From Eledone cirrhosa (Eukaryota), in NCBI GenBank assembly GCA_964016885.1, contig OZ024740.1, positions 227,602,001 through 227,666,000 of the forward strand: DNA of 64,000 nt, given 5' to 3'. The position numbers and the translations under genes were made by a program. Within the stretch, counting starts at the first letter, position 1. Each line of letters opens with the position of its first letter. Shown piece by piece: positions 1 through 15,566 of this stretch. The notes under the pieces were generated by a model. The model ran no database searches, was not told where the DNA came from, and was given only the letters and a program-made list of their open reading frames with translations.

Positions 1-7
1 TATGTAT

Positions 8-38
<31 letters not shown>

Positions 39-64
39 ACATATAATATGTATATATACATACG

Positions 65-110
<46 letters not shown>

Positions 111-1273
111 GATTTTTAAAAAAGTTTTAACTGCTGAAAATAATTTTCATTTTTTTCCTTTAGAATTGAATATTAGTTTAAATACGTATAAGTATATATA
201 AAAGGAGAAGAAAAAAGTGTAGAACTCAATATATACTTTCAGTCTTTTATAGCAATGATTGCAATAATATGGAATGTTTTAGTAAATGAAAGAAATAATA
301 TTATCAGGAGATATTTTGATGGATCAACCAGGTAAAAGATCAGAATTTTTTTCTGAATATATTTAGAATCTATACAAAAATACACACAAAATACAAATTG
401 AAAACTAACTGGAATTAATTGTAATGTAACAAAAAAATTGGAAAGTATATTATTTTCAAAACGTTTATAACAACAACTCTTTAATTACTGGATAACGAAG
501 AATTAAAAAAATAGAATTGCTGACTGTAATTTCACAATATTTAAACATCATTTTGAAAGAGTTAACTGAAACATTAAAACTATAAACTTATCTACTAAAA
601 TAAGTTTAGCAAATAGCATCTTACATTTTATGAATTTTTCTTTTTATTTCTAATTTTTTTTTTTTGCAGGACTCTTTAATATATATATAAATATCTAGAA
701 TGTTTTGTTGAATAATTGAAAGATGAGGCAAATTATATATATATAATCAAAATTAAAAAGCTTTGCTCGACTGCTGAATATATATATAGAAAAAAAATTC
801 ATTTATTTATAAACATGCCTTGCTTAAATTTAGCCTTATGTATTAATATTTCCAAAGAAAAATATTGAAAATAAAAATAATAGATCTAACTAAATACTGG
901 GGATTATTTCCAGGGATTTCCCAGGTTTAAATACTATATTTCTTTAAATTACATATTAATTAAATATATAAATAAATAGACCTTCATCTAATAACTGCAA
1001 AGCTGTAATTAAGCTTAGAGCTTGTTCATTAGCTAAATACAAAACAAAAACAAAAAAACAAGATTGGAAATAATGGAATAATTCATATCATATTTATCTT
1101 TAAATACATAAACTCATTAAATCTAGGAAAAATATAATAAAAAAGAAAATCAACAATTAATTAGCAACAATAAATAAATTTGTCAGCTAATGTTTTGTTT
1201 ATTTTCTTTAATTTTCAAATTTCATTATTTTGAAAATTAAAGATTAAGCCACAATTTAACAGATAACACTCTC

Positions 1274-1730
<457 letters not shown>

Positions 1731-2039
1731 CATAATACGTGCACATACCCACATATGTGTCACATATTGAAAATATATTATTACTCTTCTTTACAAAACA
1801 CACATATAGCTTCCTATTAAACTTACCACATTATTTAAAATTGCAATATGGAATATAATTTTGCCAGTTTCTTTATTTTTCCTATTCACTTGTGTTGCTA
1901 ATGATTTATTTTAATTACTTTACCAATTTATTATTATTAACAATAATAATAATAAATAGTTAATAACAAATAAAAAATAAATTCTTATTTTTCATAATAA
2001 TAATAATAACAATAATAATAAATCCAGGGCAATTTATTT

Positions 2040-2249
2040 GCAGAACTGTAGAAGCATTGGACAAATGCATCATTTTTTTCCAAGCTTTTTACATTCTACA
2101 TTCAAATCCTGCCAAGGTCAACTATACCTTTCATCCTTCTAGGGTTGATAAAATAAAGTACCAGTCATCTACTGGGGTCGATATAATCGACTGATCCCCT
2201 CCCCAACAAAACAAAAAGCAATTCTGGCCTTGTGCCTATCACAGAAAAA

Positions 2250-2250
<1 letters not shown>
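2040..2250 (+). mobile_element. SINE family B copy (core cctttcatcctt..gggtcgataaaataaagtaccagt)
   Basis: B-box-like ttcaaatcc, shared core, (tta)n tail; same family at 30040, 55225-55700, 55930 and 61170. Confidence 0.75.
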
Positions 2251-2280
<30 letters not shown>

Positions 2281-5200
2281 ATTATTGTTATTATTATTAT
2301 TATTATTATTTTCATAATACTGTTTCCTTTCATTTCTTATCTTTTTATTTTTCAATTCAATTTTTTTTCTTTCCATAATTTTTAAAAACATTGCAAATAA
2401 AAAATAACTAACTTTCTGCAGGAATGGAACAATGGCTCTCCAATTTCATCCATTGGTGGGTAATTAATTTTTTACACTTCAATCAACTCTCCCGCCCCCT
2501 ACTCCACTACAGAAAAACAATAAGTAATTCCTATGATATATTATGTGTGTGCACAATTCTGCTCTTCTTCACCCATAGTCTCTCCTGTAATCTGTCAATG
2601 TATCGCTCTATGTGTGATTGCATAATTCACTCCCACCCCCAAAAGAAAGCAGAAGCACACACGCACACACATACATACACACATACTGTGCACATGCACA
2701 CATACTGTGTACATGCATACATACTGTGCACATGTGCATACATGAGAAAAATAAGAAAATGCAAAAATGGAATGCAAAACAAAATGAAAAAAAGAAACAA
2801 CAGAATTACTGATAAGAAATTTAGGATGTTTATCACTTTGATTGTGATATCAGTTGGTTTATTATTATTTTTTTAAAGAACAAAAAGAAGAAAAAGCAAC
2901 AACACATAAGAACAATTTTTTCAGGATTTTTTTATTTAAGTTTTTTTTTAATTTGTAAAAAAAATCCCCAAAAAAGAAAGTGATTTTGTGTTTCTTCGTC
3001 TTTGAATGATGTTTAAGATGTTCTTTTAGAAGACACTACTTAATGTTTCCTTTTTTTTTTTTTTTTGTTCACTATTTGTCACTTCGAGGAAAAAATGTAG
3101 GGAACCTGAGGTGAAATTAAGAATTTAGGTAAATGATGTATAAATATTAAAATAATGTTTGATGATAGCAGAATAATTTGTGATGACATCAATGTTCTTT
3201 CATATCATGCTCCAACAATACAATTCTTTACTCCCTTAAAATAACCCCAGCCCCACTGCAAAATATTCTAAACTTGAAGGTAAATAATTATTAAAAAAAT
3301 ATAAGCAGAAGGAAGGGAAAAACACCAGTACCAAATCAAATAAAAGAAAAAGAGAAATAAAACAGTTAGACTGTTTATTTTTTCTTTATTTTTTTCTGCA
3401 TATGCAATATATAATTACCATGACATTATTATTTTTTAACTGCTGCTAATTCTTAATATTATTATGAATGATGTTATTATCACCATTTATTCCTTTATTT
3501 ATCCATTTATTTATTTATTATTAATACCAACACATCTACTCCTACTAATTCTGTTTTTAATTTTAATTTTATTATTATTTATTTAACCCCTTCTTGCATC
3601 AAGCTGGAAAAGACACCATTTTTACAGCTTTTCAAAAGTTGTCACCAATTTTTGTAATGAAAACAAAATAGAAAATGAAATTTCTTTCCTATTTTTGTTG
3701 ATTTTTTTTTTGTTTTCACAACATCAAAATTAAGAATTTAAAAAAAAAAGAGAGAAAATATTATTTTGTTTCATCTGATATCATATATTCTCTCTCTGCT
3801 TCCATAAAGCTGAAATAACTTATTTCTTGGACAAATTCCTGTGAAAAATCAGCTGAACAGTTTGGATGTGTTGCTTTCTTACTATTTTGCATTTACTAAA
3901 TAATCCTTCATATCTTTTGTTTGTTTGTTTATTTAACCTTAAAAAGCAAATGTAATATAAAACAATGACTTGTTTCTTATTTTTCTAGTTATATAATTCT
4001 TTATTACCAATTAAAAAATATAATGAATCCCATAAACATACAGAAAAATCGAGATCGTAAAGCATTCTTTGAAATGCAGATTTTAGACAAATTTATTTAG
4101 AAGAAAAACTAGCAAAAGAAAATAGTCTACTTATTATAAATGTAAGGGTTGTGCTATAAAAGCTTAACAAGATGAAATTGGCCTCTTTGTGTTTATGTCT
4201 ATGTCATATGGTGATTTTTACAGAGGTGACTAGATTTATTCAACAATGCCATACATGTGGTTAGTAATGGAGACTAAGCTACATAAAATATTGTACTTTA
4301 CAAGGAAAACATTTTAAAAGTACATAAAAGAGAAGGATAGCCAAATATGCTGAAAAGAAACGTTTTATAGTAGTAGTAAAAATAATTCCTTTTAATAACC
4401 ACTATGCCAACAAGTTTAGTATTAATAATAATGCATTTCAGATATCATTTACTTACTGTCAGAACACACCAAGGAAATAATTGCTGATACTATCTCCTGG
4501 TCGCAATTCCAGAAGGATCAGTGTGAAATAAAATGTCTTGTTCAAGGACATAGCACATTGTCCAGCCTGGGAATCGAACTGATAACATCATGATTGTGAA
4601 TCCCAAATAAATGCAATCACATAAATATAACATAGTGATACATACAAGCTTACCAACTTGTCAGCGAGTAAGATAGCTATTTAAAAATATGCCTTTTACT
4701 AATCCCCACTAGATTATTATAGTTTGTTAATGAATACTCAATATCAGCAACTCCATATAAGGACAATTTGGTTCATTCCTAATCTGAGGTAGTTGGCAAA
4801 ATTGCCTTATCAACAAGATTATATACCTTCAATATGAAAAACTATTATCACTCTCATCATTATCATCATCATCATCATCATCACCATTGTCATCATCGTC
4901 ATCATCATCATCATTGTCATCATTATCATTATCATGTGTGTGGCGTCATCAACTCATATTTACAATAAATATTAGCAAGAATCTATTAAATAGAATTTAG
5001 CTTAGAAAAAACAAACACTTTTTAAAATGTTGAACTTGTTTTAATTTTTTAGGATTTTTTTTTCTTTGAATTATCTTTCAAATAATTGTTATTTCAAACA
5101 ATTTAATTTATTTAAAAAATTTATTTTCAACTTCTTGAATTTTTTTTTAAAATAAAATGTATGGCTTTCATTTTTCAAAGCCATTTTGTCTGCAGCAGGT

Positions 5201-8200
5201 GACTATGAAATGTCAAAGAAAGGCTATTTTAGCAGTGATTCTAAAATAACCAAACTGTTCAGACTTTATTTACTCTCACATTCCCATCATATTGGTTGTG
5301 CTAGTAGAAAAGAAAAAAAAAACAGAAAAAAACAAAAAAGCTTCATATTTTGCATATATAATCAAATGTATAGATTCTTTACAGTTTTTCTAAAACAGAA
5401 TTCTCTCCCATTTTCTCTTTCTTTTCTTCAATGTATTCTCTCACCCACCCTGCCCCTTCAATATATTCCCTTACCCATCTCCCCTCAATGTTTTCCTTCA
5501 CCTCCTTCCTATCAATATTAGTGATTCTAAAACTCCATGTTTGTATCTTGAATTTCAGTTAACACACTGGCAAATAAGGGTGAATTTTCAGTTAACACAC
5601 TGGCAAATAGATGGATGGGGTTTTTTGGTTGGGGGAAAAGGAATTTATTTCAATCAATCAATCAATCAGCTTTTTGATTTTCAATTCATCTAGTTTTTTC
5701 TTTCTTCCCACTCCATCTTTTTTTTTCGTCCATTTTTTTTTTCAACCACCATCTGTGTTATATGTAAAGGACTAATTTTTGTCCAGTCACATGCGGGTGT
5801 TTAGAATATATTCAGATATTCAGATATCTTCTGTTTTTTTTAGGAAAAGAACCATCGACATTTATTTTGGATTCTTTTGTTTGTTTGTTTGTTTGTTTTG
5901 TATTTTTGGTGGGGGGAGGGTTCTTATTTTATTTCATCTGTAGCTCTTTTTATTGTGACTATTTCTAATGAAATACACTCTACTTCAATTAATTAATGGA
6001 GAATTTTGAGGAATTTACTAAAATTATTAATTATTTCATTACTAAGACAGTAACTTAATATATGGTTCTTATATAAAATTATGTTGGAAGATTTTGATTT
6101 AAATAGGAACCCATTAAAATGGGTGGTTTTGTTTCATAGAACCAGAACCAGTTTTGGGCGGGTTGGTATCAAAAGGGCTAGGGACGGTATTGAATTACAA
6201 AAACAAAAAATATAGATAGAAAATGTTTGAAAATTATATTTTGGAAATGTTATTTATTTATGGATAACACTCCAGGCTGATGAAAGAAAAACAAAAACAA
6301 ATTAGGTATTATCTAGCAGAAAAACTAAGAAACTAAATTTTCCAATACTACATTTTATTTTTACTCAAGATAAAACCAAATTAAAATTAATGTATTTCCA
6401 TGTGGTCAAAAACAAAAGCAAAAAACATTACGTAAATTAATAAGGAATAACTAAAACACTAGCAGTAAGTAAATTAGCTAACTAGATTAATAACTAATTG
6501 AGAGTAATTTACATGGAAACAAAAAGAAAACTATAACTATTGCTATGTCAAGACATAAACATAATAATAATAATAATAATGAGATAATTAATATCAGTAT
6601 TAAATAAGATGCAAATATACCAATAAATTGTTATCAATATAAACTCAAAAGACAATTAGAATCTCTTCATTTTTACTATTCAAAAAGTAACTCACTCAAA
6701 TGTTGTTAAAAGAAAGAATGTTTGGGTGTATGAGGAAGAGAGAGAGAGAGAGAGAGAGAGAGGCAGACAGGTAAAAACGGGAAAATGGAGAGAAAGTTGA
6801 TTGGATAAAGGGGAGTTTGGGAGAGAGAAAGTGAGAGTAAAAGAGAGGGAGAAAGAGATGAAACTAAATAAAAATATAAAACAAAATTTTTGTTAATGTT
6901 TTTATTTTTTCTTACCGAAGAAACAAAGAAAAAAGTCTAAAAACTCAAATTGAACTTCCTCTTTGAACTTCAAAAGTGAATTTATATTGTACTGAAATCT
7001 CAGGGAAAAAAAAACTCTTGTTTTTATTTTTATTTTTAATTATTTTCTTTTTTCTTAAATATTTTTTTTTTAATTTTCAATATTTTTTTATTGAGATATA
7101 TTTGTTATCACTATAATTTTTTTTAATCCCCTACCCCGCTTTCATCCCTGTGTGAATTTTAAAATAATTTTGTGAATTTCTTGGTCACAGTTTATGACAC
7201 TAAGTCTGTCAAAGGATTTTTAGATCCCCCAAAAACTAAACACCAACATGTAATCAGGCTAGAAGTATGAAGTATTTAGATGAGAAGTCTATCCATGAAA
7301 CTCACCTGCATACTGAACCAGGTGCTAATTAAGCTACTAATCCATGCTTTACTTGTTCAGGTGTGTAAAGCAGCTGGCTTGCTTCTTGTTAAGAAAGGAA
7401 TGGACGTGGCAATTAGTGATCCCTAATCCTTTTCTCTTTTTTTATTTTTTGTTTTGTTTTGTTTTTGTTTATTTGTTTTTAAGCCCTAACAACAGAAACC
7501 TTGGTAATACATTTTTCTTACCAAAGTCTTCAACTCCAATTGGAGTTTATATGAACAGAGACCGAGAGAGAGAATAAGAGAGAAAAAAATGTTGGTTGAA
7601 TTTCTTCCAGAGAAATTCTCAATGACAAGTTGTATATTGGAAAATGTATATTTGTAATTTACTTTAGTTTTAGTAAAAAATAGTGCTTGAAAAACTGAAT
7701 TATGTCTGTGTCGAATTAGACAATATGAAAAATGCCTAGTTATCTGTGTCTGTACATATGCAATGCATACCGAATGCACAGCTGTCATATATGCAAATGG
7801 AACTAGTTTCTAGATGGTATTGTTAGTCAACCCCTGATTATGATAGATAATCAGCAATGAACTACTGCCTTACCAAGACTTGTATAAAGTTTATGAAACT
7901 TTCAATGATTCTTTCAATAACAAAAATTTAAAAAAATAAAAAAAAATATCGAAATCATAAAATAAAGTTTCTTTCAAAAAAAAATAATAATTGAAAATAA
8001 ATTTTAAAAAGACAAAAATAAAAAGGGAGGATATGATAATTAAAGAAATCTTTATTTCGTTCTTTCTATTTTATGATCCCATCCCACCCTTTTCACTCTT
8101 TTTTTTTAATTCCCCTTACGTATTAAACAACAATAATTCTCATTAACCGAAACATTTTTTAAAAAAATATAAAAATAACCATTTTCATTTTTTTTCTTTC

Positions 8201-9507
8201 ATTACATCTAAAAAAAATAAAATAAAATAAAACAAAATTTGTTTTGTTCTTCATATTTTTTTGTTCTAATAAATATATTCAGAAACAACAAAAAAAAATG
8301 AAAAAATTAGATGAAATGTAAAATCAAAAGCCATTATAAAAACATCCATGTTGTTTATATAATGATATAACAATATTAATAATAATACCAATAATACCAA
8401 GTTAAATATATTAATGATAATATAATAATTTTGTCAAAAAGCCCAAGTACTAAACCATTAATTTAAAAAGTTTAGTCTTTAGAAAAAAAACCATAACACT
8501 CATTGTTTTTCTTTTCAGCCAGTGTGTTAACAAAATCAATTGATACTCTATGGTGGTGATTTGGTTGGGTGAAGTGGGGAAATGGGGCAAGCAGGGGAGA
8601 TAGTTTTGTCATGTTTGTTATTGTTGTTGCTGCTGCTGCTATTACTGGTGTGACGTCATCATTGTTGTTGTTGTTGCTCTTTATTATTTTAAATTCACAT
8701 TAGGTACTGATATATTCTATTTATTTATTTATTTCTCAACAGTGTTTTACTTTTCATTTTGCCGGGAAGGGGTAGTATGTTTTTCGTTTGTTTTTTTCAT
8801 CTTTCATTGTCTGAATAAATTGTTCTGCTTGCATTAAGGAAACCTTTATGGGGGAAGGATTTCCTATATATTTAAATTCAGAAGAAAAACACAAATTACA
8901 AAATAATTAAATAAACATATATCAAAGTGTTTTAATGATCTTCAATAATTTACTTTGTTTAAATTCTCCAACCCATCTGCCTGCCTCCCCTTTCCCAAAA
9001 TGTTTTTTCTCTCCTTATATATATACACATATATATATATATATATATACATACATATAAACATAATATATATATATATATAGTTTATTATTTCAGTGTT
9101 AACTAATGAATTTCACATTCTAAATAGTTTTGTCCTGGTATTTGATAAGCTAAATTATACCATTTAGAGTACATTGATAGATTAACTGAACATCTTGTAG
9201 AATGCACATGTACCTCAAATACTATATGAATACATCAGATACGATTGTGTTATTGTGTCAAGTATACGTATATATGTGCAAACAGACATACATATATGTA
9301 TCATCATGATAATTTAATGTTTGTTTTCCCTGGTCATTAAATAATGATGACGAAATATGTATATATGTATGTACATGTATACATATATCTATGTGTATAT
9401 ATACATATATTTATATATAAATATGTAGCTGGTTTGCTAATATGTTGTGGAACTAACTTTATATATAAGTACATATATATATAAATATATATATATAATT
9501 AAATATA

Positions 9508-9578
<71 letters not shown>

Positions 9579-10192
9579 ATATATATATACATATATATAC
9601 ACACATATATATATATATATAAAATCAGTAAAGATTCCTTTATAAGGTATATGGATATATCAAGTGGATATCTTGTAAAAATATATAAATACTATGAATC
9701 ATATGTGAATTTACACAAGATTGTAATGTATGTAATGAAGAGAATATACCCAATGATATCTATGTAATACATTCCAAATAATAAGTAAATATATATATGA
9801 TACTTGAATATATGAAATAATATTGAAAAGATATACACTGATAGTATGAAATAATATTTTGAAGTAGTGAATCGATCAAACAATACACAGTGTATGTGTG
9901 TGTCAGGTATGTGTATATGCATTTTTTCTTCTAACTTTAATTTTATACCTAATTGTGTAATGGTTGATGGTATATTTAATCGATTTCCACGTGCTATTGA
10001 AATGTTGGGTAAATATTCTATAGCGGTTGATCGTGAATAAATTGCTGTCGTTTATTTATCTAATATTTCTTCATAGGTGCCTTTTAATCTTATAGCCTGG
10101 TTTAATTGATTTTTTTGTGTGGTTGATTATGCTAATTGGGAGAGGAAATGGTGTATATATATTATCAAATGATTCTATGGACATACTTTATA

Positions 10193-10235
<43 letters not shown>

Positions 10236-11042
10236 TATATATATCAGATGGTACCTTGGGTGGTAAAATTTTAAAATTTAGCTTAATTCATTCAATTATT
10301 TCCTTATTTTATTCCAAATTAATTCTTTTACCCTGTAAACAGTTTACTTATATTAAAACCTTGACATAGATTTTTTTTAATAATTCAAAGGATACATTTT
10401 TTGTTCTTTTTCTGTATATAAGTATTATTTCACCCATTTTTTTTTTCACCCCAATTGCTTTGTAAATTTTTCTGCTTTGAAGATAACTTCTTTATGTCAT
10501 ATTCTTTCTTCAACTCTAACAACATCCAATAATGTACTTGCTACAGCTAAAGCAGTCAATTTTGAAAAGATTGCTTTGAAAAACAGTAAAACGAAGTTGT
10601 ATTTCCTGATCTGGTTCCCTCAGAAGTGATATTTTGTACACAGAAAGGAAATATCTGGTTTCTATAAACCAACCCCCACCAAAATCAAAAATAAAATAAA
10701 AACAAAAAAAATCAAACAATTCATCTGCTAATTTTCTCAATAGAGCAAGTGTGTACTACCTACCATGTATAATTTGTCTTCTTTTACTTTGTGGTGGTGA
10801 TGGAGGTGCTTTTTATCCGGCTAGTGGTTGGCCTGAAAATAACTATCTGCGGGATAAATTGAAGGACTTGGTTTCAATTCAAAACGATGGATAAGGTTTG
10901 ATATATATTCATTTTACACTTTATTTTTCTTTTATTTTTTCTTCTTTTTTTTTTACTATTTTTTTCTCCTATTATGCATTAGTTGATATGAATTTACAAT
11001 TTCAATCTGAAGCAATTTGAAAACGTATGAAAATGAAGCTTT

Positions 11043-11098
<56 letters not shown>

Positions 11099-12891
11099 CA
11101 CATATATATCTATATATATACATATATATATATATAACACATATATGCAACACATATATATATATATATATATAATGCCTTATTTCTTTTATAATTAAAT
11201 CAAACATTTATTTAATTTAGTGTTAGCAGTTAAACTAAGTTAAAAATGGATATTAAATCATCAAAATGTTCAATGGAAATATTTTTTAATTTGATATTTG
11301 CTAAAATCATAGGAAATTTATGATAAAATCGTAATTTGAAAAAAAGAATAATTTGAAATGAACAATTAATAATTAATTAAGAAATTAGTCAAAATAAAAG
11401 TATGAAAAGAATCTGAAAATTTACATGCAGTTTCAGTAGTTTTTATTCATGCATATATATATAAATATGTATATATATATAAGTTTATCCTGGTTTGAAT
11501 CGGAGGTAACCACAGTAAGTAAAGTACTCAATATATAGCAGAGTATAAATATTTAATATAGAAATGGCTTCTATATATATATATATTTATTATTCATTGA
11601 CATTCAAGACTATCCTTAGTTATATAAGTTAGAGTACACAACAAGGTTAGTGAACTTGATAATAATATTGTATAGCTTACAGTTCTTCTATCTAGCCAGT
11701 AAATTTGTTGGTAACTTTCATATATGATGCATACATTCAGCAAACAGTAAACAACATGAGAAGATTTATGAAGCTAGTTAGGTAAAAGACATACTCAGCA
11801 GGAACCTCACAAGCATCAAAAGACTTAGTACGTCTATCCATCTGTTTGTTTGTGCATTTGTGTATGTGTGTGAGTGCATATATGTATGTATGTATATATA
11901 TGTGTGTGTGCATGAGAGTATGTATATATGTATGAATGTACGAATGTATGTATGCATTCATGCATCTATGTATGTATATATGTATGCATCTATGTTTGTA
12001 TGTATGTATACTTCATAACACTAAAAGAAAGTATGCAGACTTAGGAATATATGAAGAATACTAAAATACCTGTAATACACTCAGGTTTTTCTACTTGTTA
12101 ACCATCTTCACAATTATTTTCTTTTGAGCTTTTGTTATTTCATATTGCAGCAACATAATAAAACTTTAATCATAAGAAGTGATATCAGTGTTGAGGACTA
12201 AACTGCTTTGTTTATCAAAATTAAAAAATATATAAATTGCTAAAGGTAACACCAAAAAGCTATTTAATAAATAATTATATGCAATTTGAAAGCATTAACT
12301 GACACCATAAAAATTTGAGGAACCAAAAATGGCTTTTGAATGAAGCAGAGATGTAGAATGTAGATATCTGCCAGAAACAAACACCATTACTGGTTTCTCT
12401 TAAAGTTATAGGAAAGTATCTAGAAAGACTGTATGTAAGATGAACAAATTTTTGTATTTTAAACCAAGGTTTTCTGTGTAAAATAAGATGTCTTGCTGAA
12501 GGATGCAGCATGCTGCTAGGAATCACACTAATTACTAAGGTATATTAAGGTTGATATAAATATTAATGACTAAGGTATATTCAATTACTTGTTTAAAGAA
12601 ATGTTTCACTAATCAATAGTTAATGCTACTGATCTGACATTTTAGTGATGGTGCAGTGATGCCATTAAAATAAGGGAACAATCTTCAGTGTTTGGTGTAA
12701 GGCTGACCACAAACTATATGAATAATCATTATATATCTTAATAAGAAAGAGTAACTTCTGAGATAGGATTTCAGCATTTTTGCCTTTTTTTTAGAGAGAT
12801 ATATAGTTGGCATTTTTTTTTTAGATATATTTTTTAGATATATTTTCTTTTTGGTATTTTTAATTTTAGATTAAGATGACTTTGTAGTAAG

Positions 12892-13170
12892 GGTGTTGGA
12901 TGGCCTACTGGTAAGGGTGTTTCACTTATGATCAATTCCTGGGCTGAGTTGTGTGTTGTGTTCTTGAACAAAACACTTCATTTCACGTTGCTCCAGTATA
13001 CTCAGCTGAATATGGGTACCACCAACAGCTGGGGGGTTAACACTGCAATGGACTGGCATCCTGTCCAGCAGGGAGTCTTGTACTCTCAGTCACTTCATAC
13101 CAAGGGAACTGGGATAAGTACTGGCCTGATGAGCCTCCGGGCTCGAGACAGATTTTAACTTAACTTAACT
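12892..13170 (+). mobile_element. SINE family C copy (CORE-like ttgtgttcttgaacaaaacacttc plus gatggactggcatcctgtccag domain, ttaac tail)
   Basis: Related reverse copies at ~4460-4600, 21130-21260, 27110-27345 and 29095-29310. Confidence 0.75.
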
Positions 13171-15224
13171 TAATACTGACTACAATAACAACTAATACTT
13201 TTCAGTTCTGGAGATCATATAAGTTTATATAAGCGATAGAGATAAGAAAGTAAAAGCATTTATTACCATATGCAAGAGTAGAAAATGCATTGGCATAGGT
13301 TTTGGCTGGAACTAAGATATTATATTTGAGCTCAATACAACCACAGTTTAAATTACACACAAGCACATACATTTTAATTACAGATATAAATATCTCACAA
13401 ATATAAAACATATTTCTTCATGGGGAGCCAAAGAAAAGCATTCTACAAAGATATATATATATATATATATATATACATTATATATATATATATATTATAT
13501 ATATATACATTATATATATAGCAAAAGAGTCAAGGACCCCAACGGCTGAAAACAACTTCTACTACTAAAGAAATTAAATTACTGTAGATTGGTAGCTTCT
13601 CAGCTCACAGAATTAGTCTATAACTTGTTGCTGGTCTCTATTATGAACTTAGACAAAATATTATACCTTATTTGTCCCATTATAAAATTTACTTCTACTA
13701 TCATCATCATCATCATTACTATTATTATTATTATTATCACCATCATCATCGTTACCAATAAGATGTAGAGATAAGTTTCCTGAAGCTAACTGTGAATGTG
13801 ACTGCATGCAATGAAGGATTTTCTTCTTGGAACCAATCTATACACGTCTTTAGTAGGGAAAGGAAATAATATCACATCATTGCCCCCCCCCACCCCCACC
13901 CACCTCTCTCTTTCTCTCATAAACACATCTTCAAACCCTTAAGACCAAATAAAGAAAATGTTGTGATCATTATTATTATTATCATTATTATTATTAATAA
14001 TATTAATTTACTATTGTAGTCTGGATATTTTTCATTGTAGTAAATAATGAGGCAACTAAACTAACCAATTTTTTTTTTTTTTTTTTTTTTTGCAATGAAA
14101 ACTATTTTCTTCAAAAACTTCAATTGGAGTTTTGACAGTGATGAATGTATAGCTGTATGACAAGAAATATTTCTTGACTAATAATAATGATAATACTAAA
14201 ACATGCAGTTAGAATAATAAACTAAACGACTAACAAATGAATTGTTTTTTCTCTTTTTTTCTTTTTATTTATTTTTTTATTTATAAAACTTCTGTTTCTT
14301 AACCCAAATGTATTGTATCCATTGTAAAACCTACAAAAAAACCAAGTCCAAAAAACCTTGTATAATATTAACATTTTGTTTCAAAACATTTTTCAGCTCA
14401 TAGACTATGCACATATTTTTTTTTTTCTAAATCACTGGTAAGGATTATGAAAATATATATTTTCTTCTACCAGAGTGAGAAAAAAAAATAAATAAAATAA
14501 AAACATTTCAAAACCTTTAAAAATAAATATTGAACATAATGTTTGTATTTTGAACTTAAATTTGCTTCTGTTAATTGTGGATTATTTATTTAACTTGAAA
14601 TATCTGCTGTTCAAAACTGAAAGTACTGGGCAGGAAAAGAAACCAAAATATCCAACAAGGGATAACGCAAACCAAAATTAACTTAAATCAATAGGTTTAT
14701 TTTTTAGAAAGCAATTTCTTTTTTTCCACTTTGAAACTTAAATAATATTTCTGTTTTTTTTTCATGTTTTTTTTCATATTTTATTTCCTTTTATTTATTA
14801 TATTTATTTAGTTTCATTTTTTTTTTTTTACAAAAAAAAATTGATAATATACAAACTATTTTAATTCTGCCTGGATTTAAAAAATATTATATTTGATTTA
14901 ATTTTTTTTTCATCTGATGATGAAATAAAACTCACTTTAAATTTAGAAATTAAAAATAGTCAATACATTTCTCATTAAATTTCATATTTAGGAATCTTTG
15001 TTAAGGACAAAAGTCATTTATTTAATTCACCTGTAAAATAGTATTTAAGAATCACATTGCAAGAGAACAATAGAGTTATTTTTATTAGCCATATATAATT
15101 AATGTGTTTGAATTTTCAGAACTACAACTCTGAGGATATATACAAAAACACAATTTATCCAAATAGCATTCTAACTAAGCAAGCCCTAAAAAAAATCAAA
15201 TAGATAATATTTAGTTAAATATTG

Positions 15225-15566
15225 TACTCTCGGGTCCCAAATAATAGAGGGGTAGGTGGAATAAGCGGGATGGGGAGGGGGAGGGGGGGGGGGTAGTCAT
15301 TTAGTTTACATATTGAGATCCCAACCTATCCTATATTTGATAATGTATGGGATTTCTTGTAATATTCTTTTTTTGTCATGTGTAATTTTTTTTTTAAATG
15401 TCTAAAGAAAATTGTCGCAGGAATGCTACCCCACTTAAAATAAAATTTCACTGAAAATAGATTAGCAAAATTTATTAAGTGGAGGGGGCATAAAAGCAGG
15501 GGAGGCAGGTTTAAAAATCCGAAAAATTAATTATAGTGGGGTGGCATTATTCGAGACCCGAGAGTA
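15225..15566. mobile_element. MITE with ~21-bp terminal inverted repeats and TA ends
   Basis: tactctcgggtcccaaataat ... attattcgagacccgagagta; a related right end is at ~26489-26506. Confidence 0.8.

Noticed and set aside
2424-2876. 150-aa ORF and a possible micro-exon at 2422-2459
   Set aside because: Low complexity, no recognisable domain and no partner exons.
5552-8531. gttaacacactggc duplicated at ~5557 and ~5591 and inverted at ~8518
   Set aside because: A 14-nt complement is expected by chance in a window this size; the local duplication is simple slippage.
13125-13155. ctgatgagcctccgggctcgagac as a hammerhead
   Set aside because: No GAAA core or stem I; it is the 3' tail hairpin of SINE family C.
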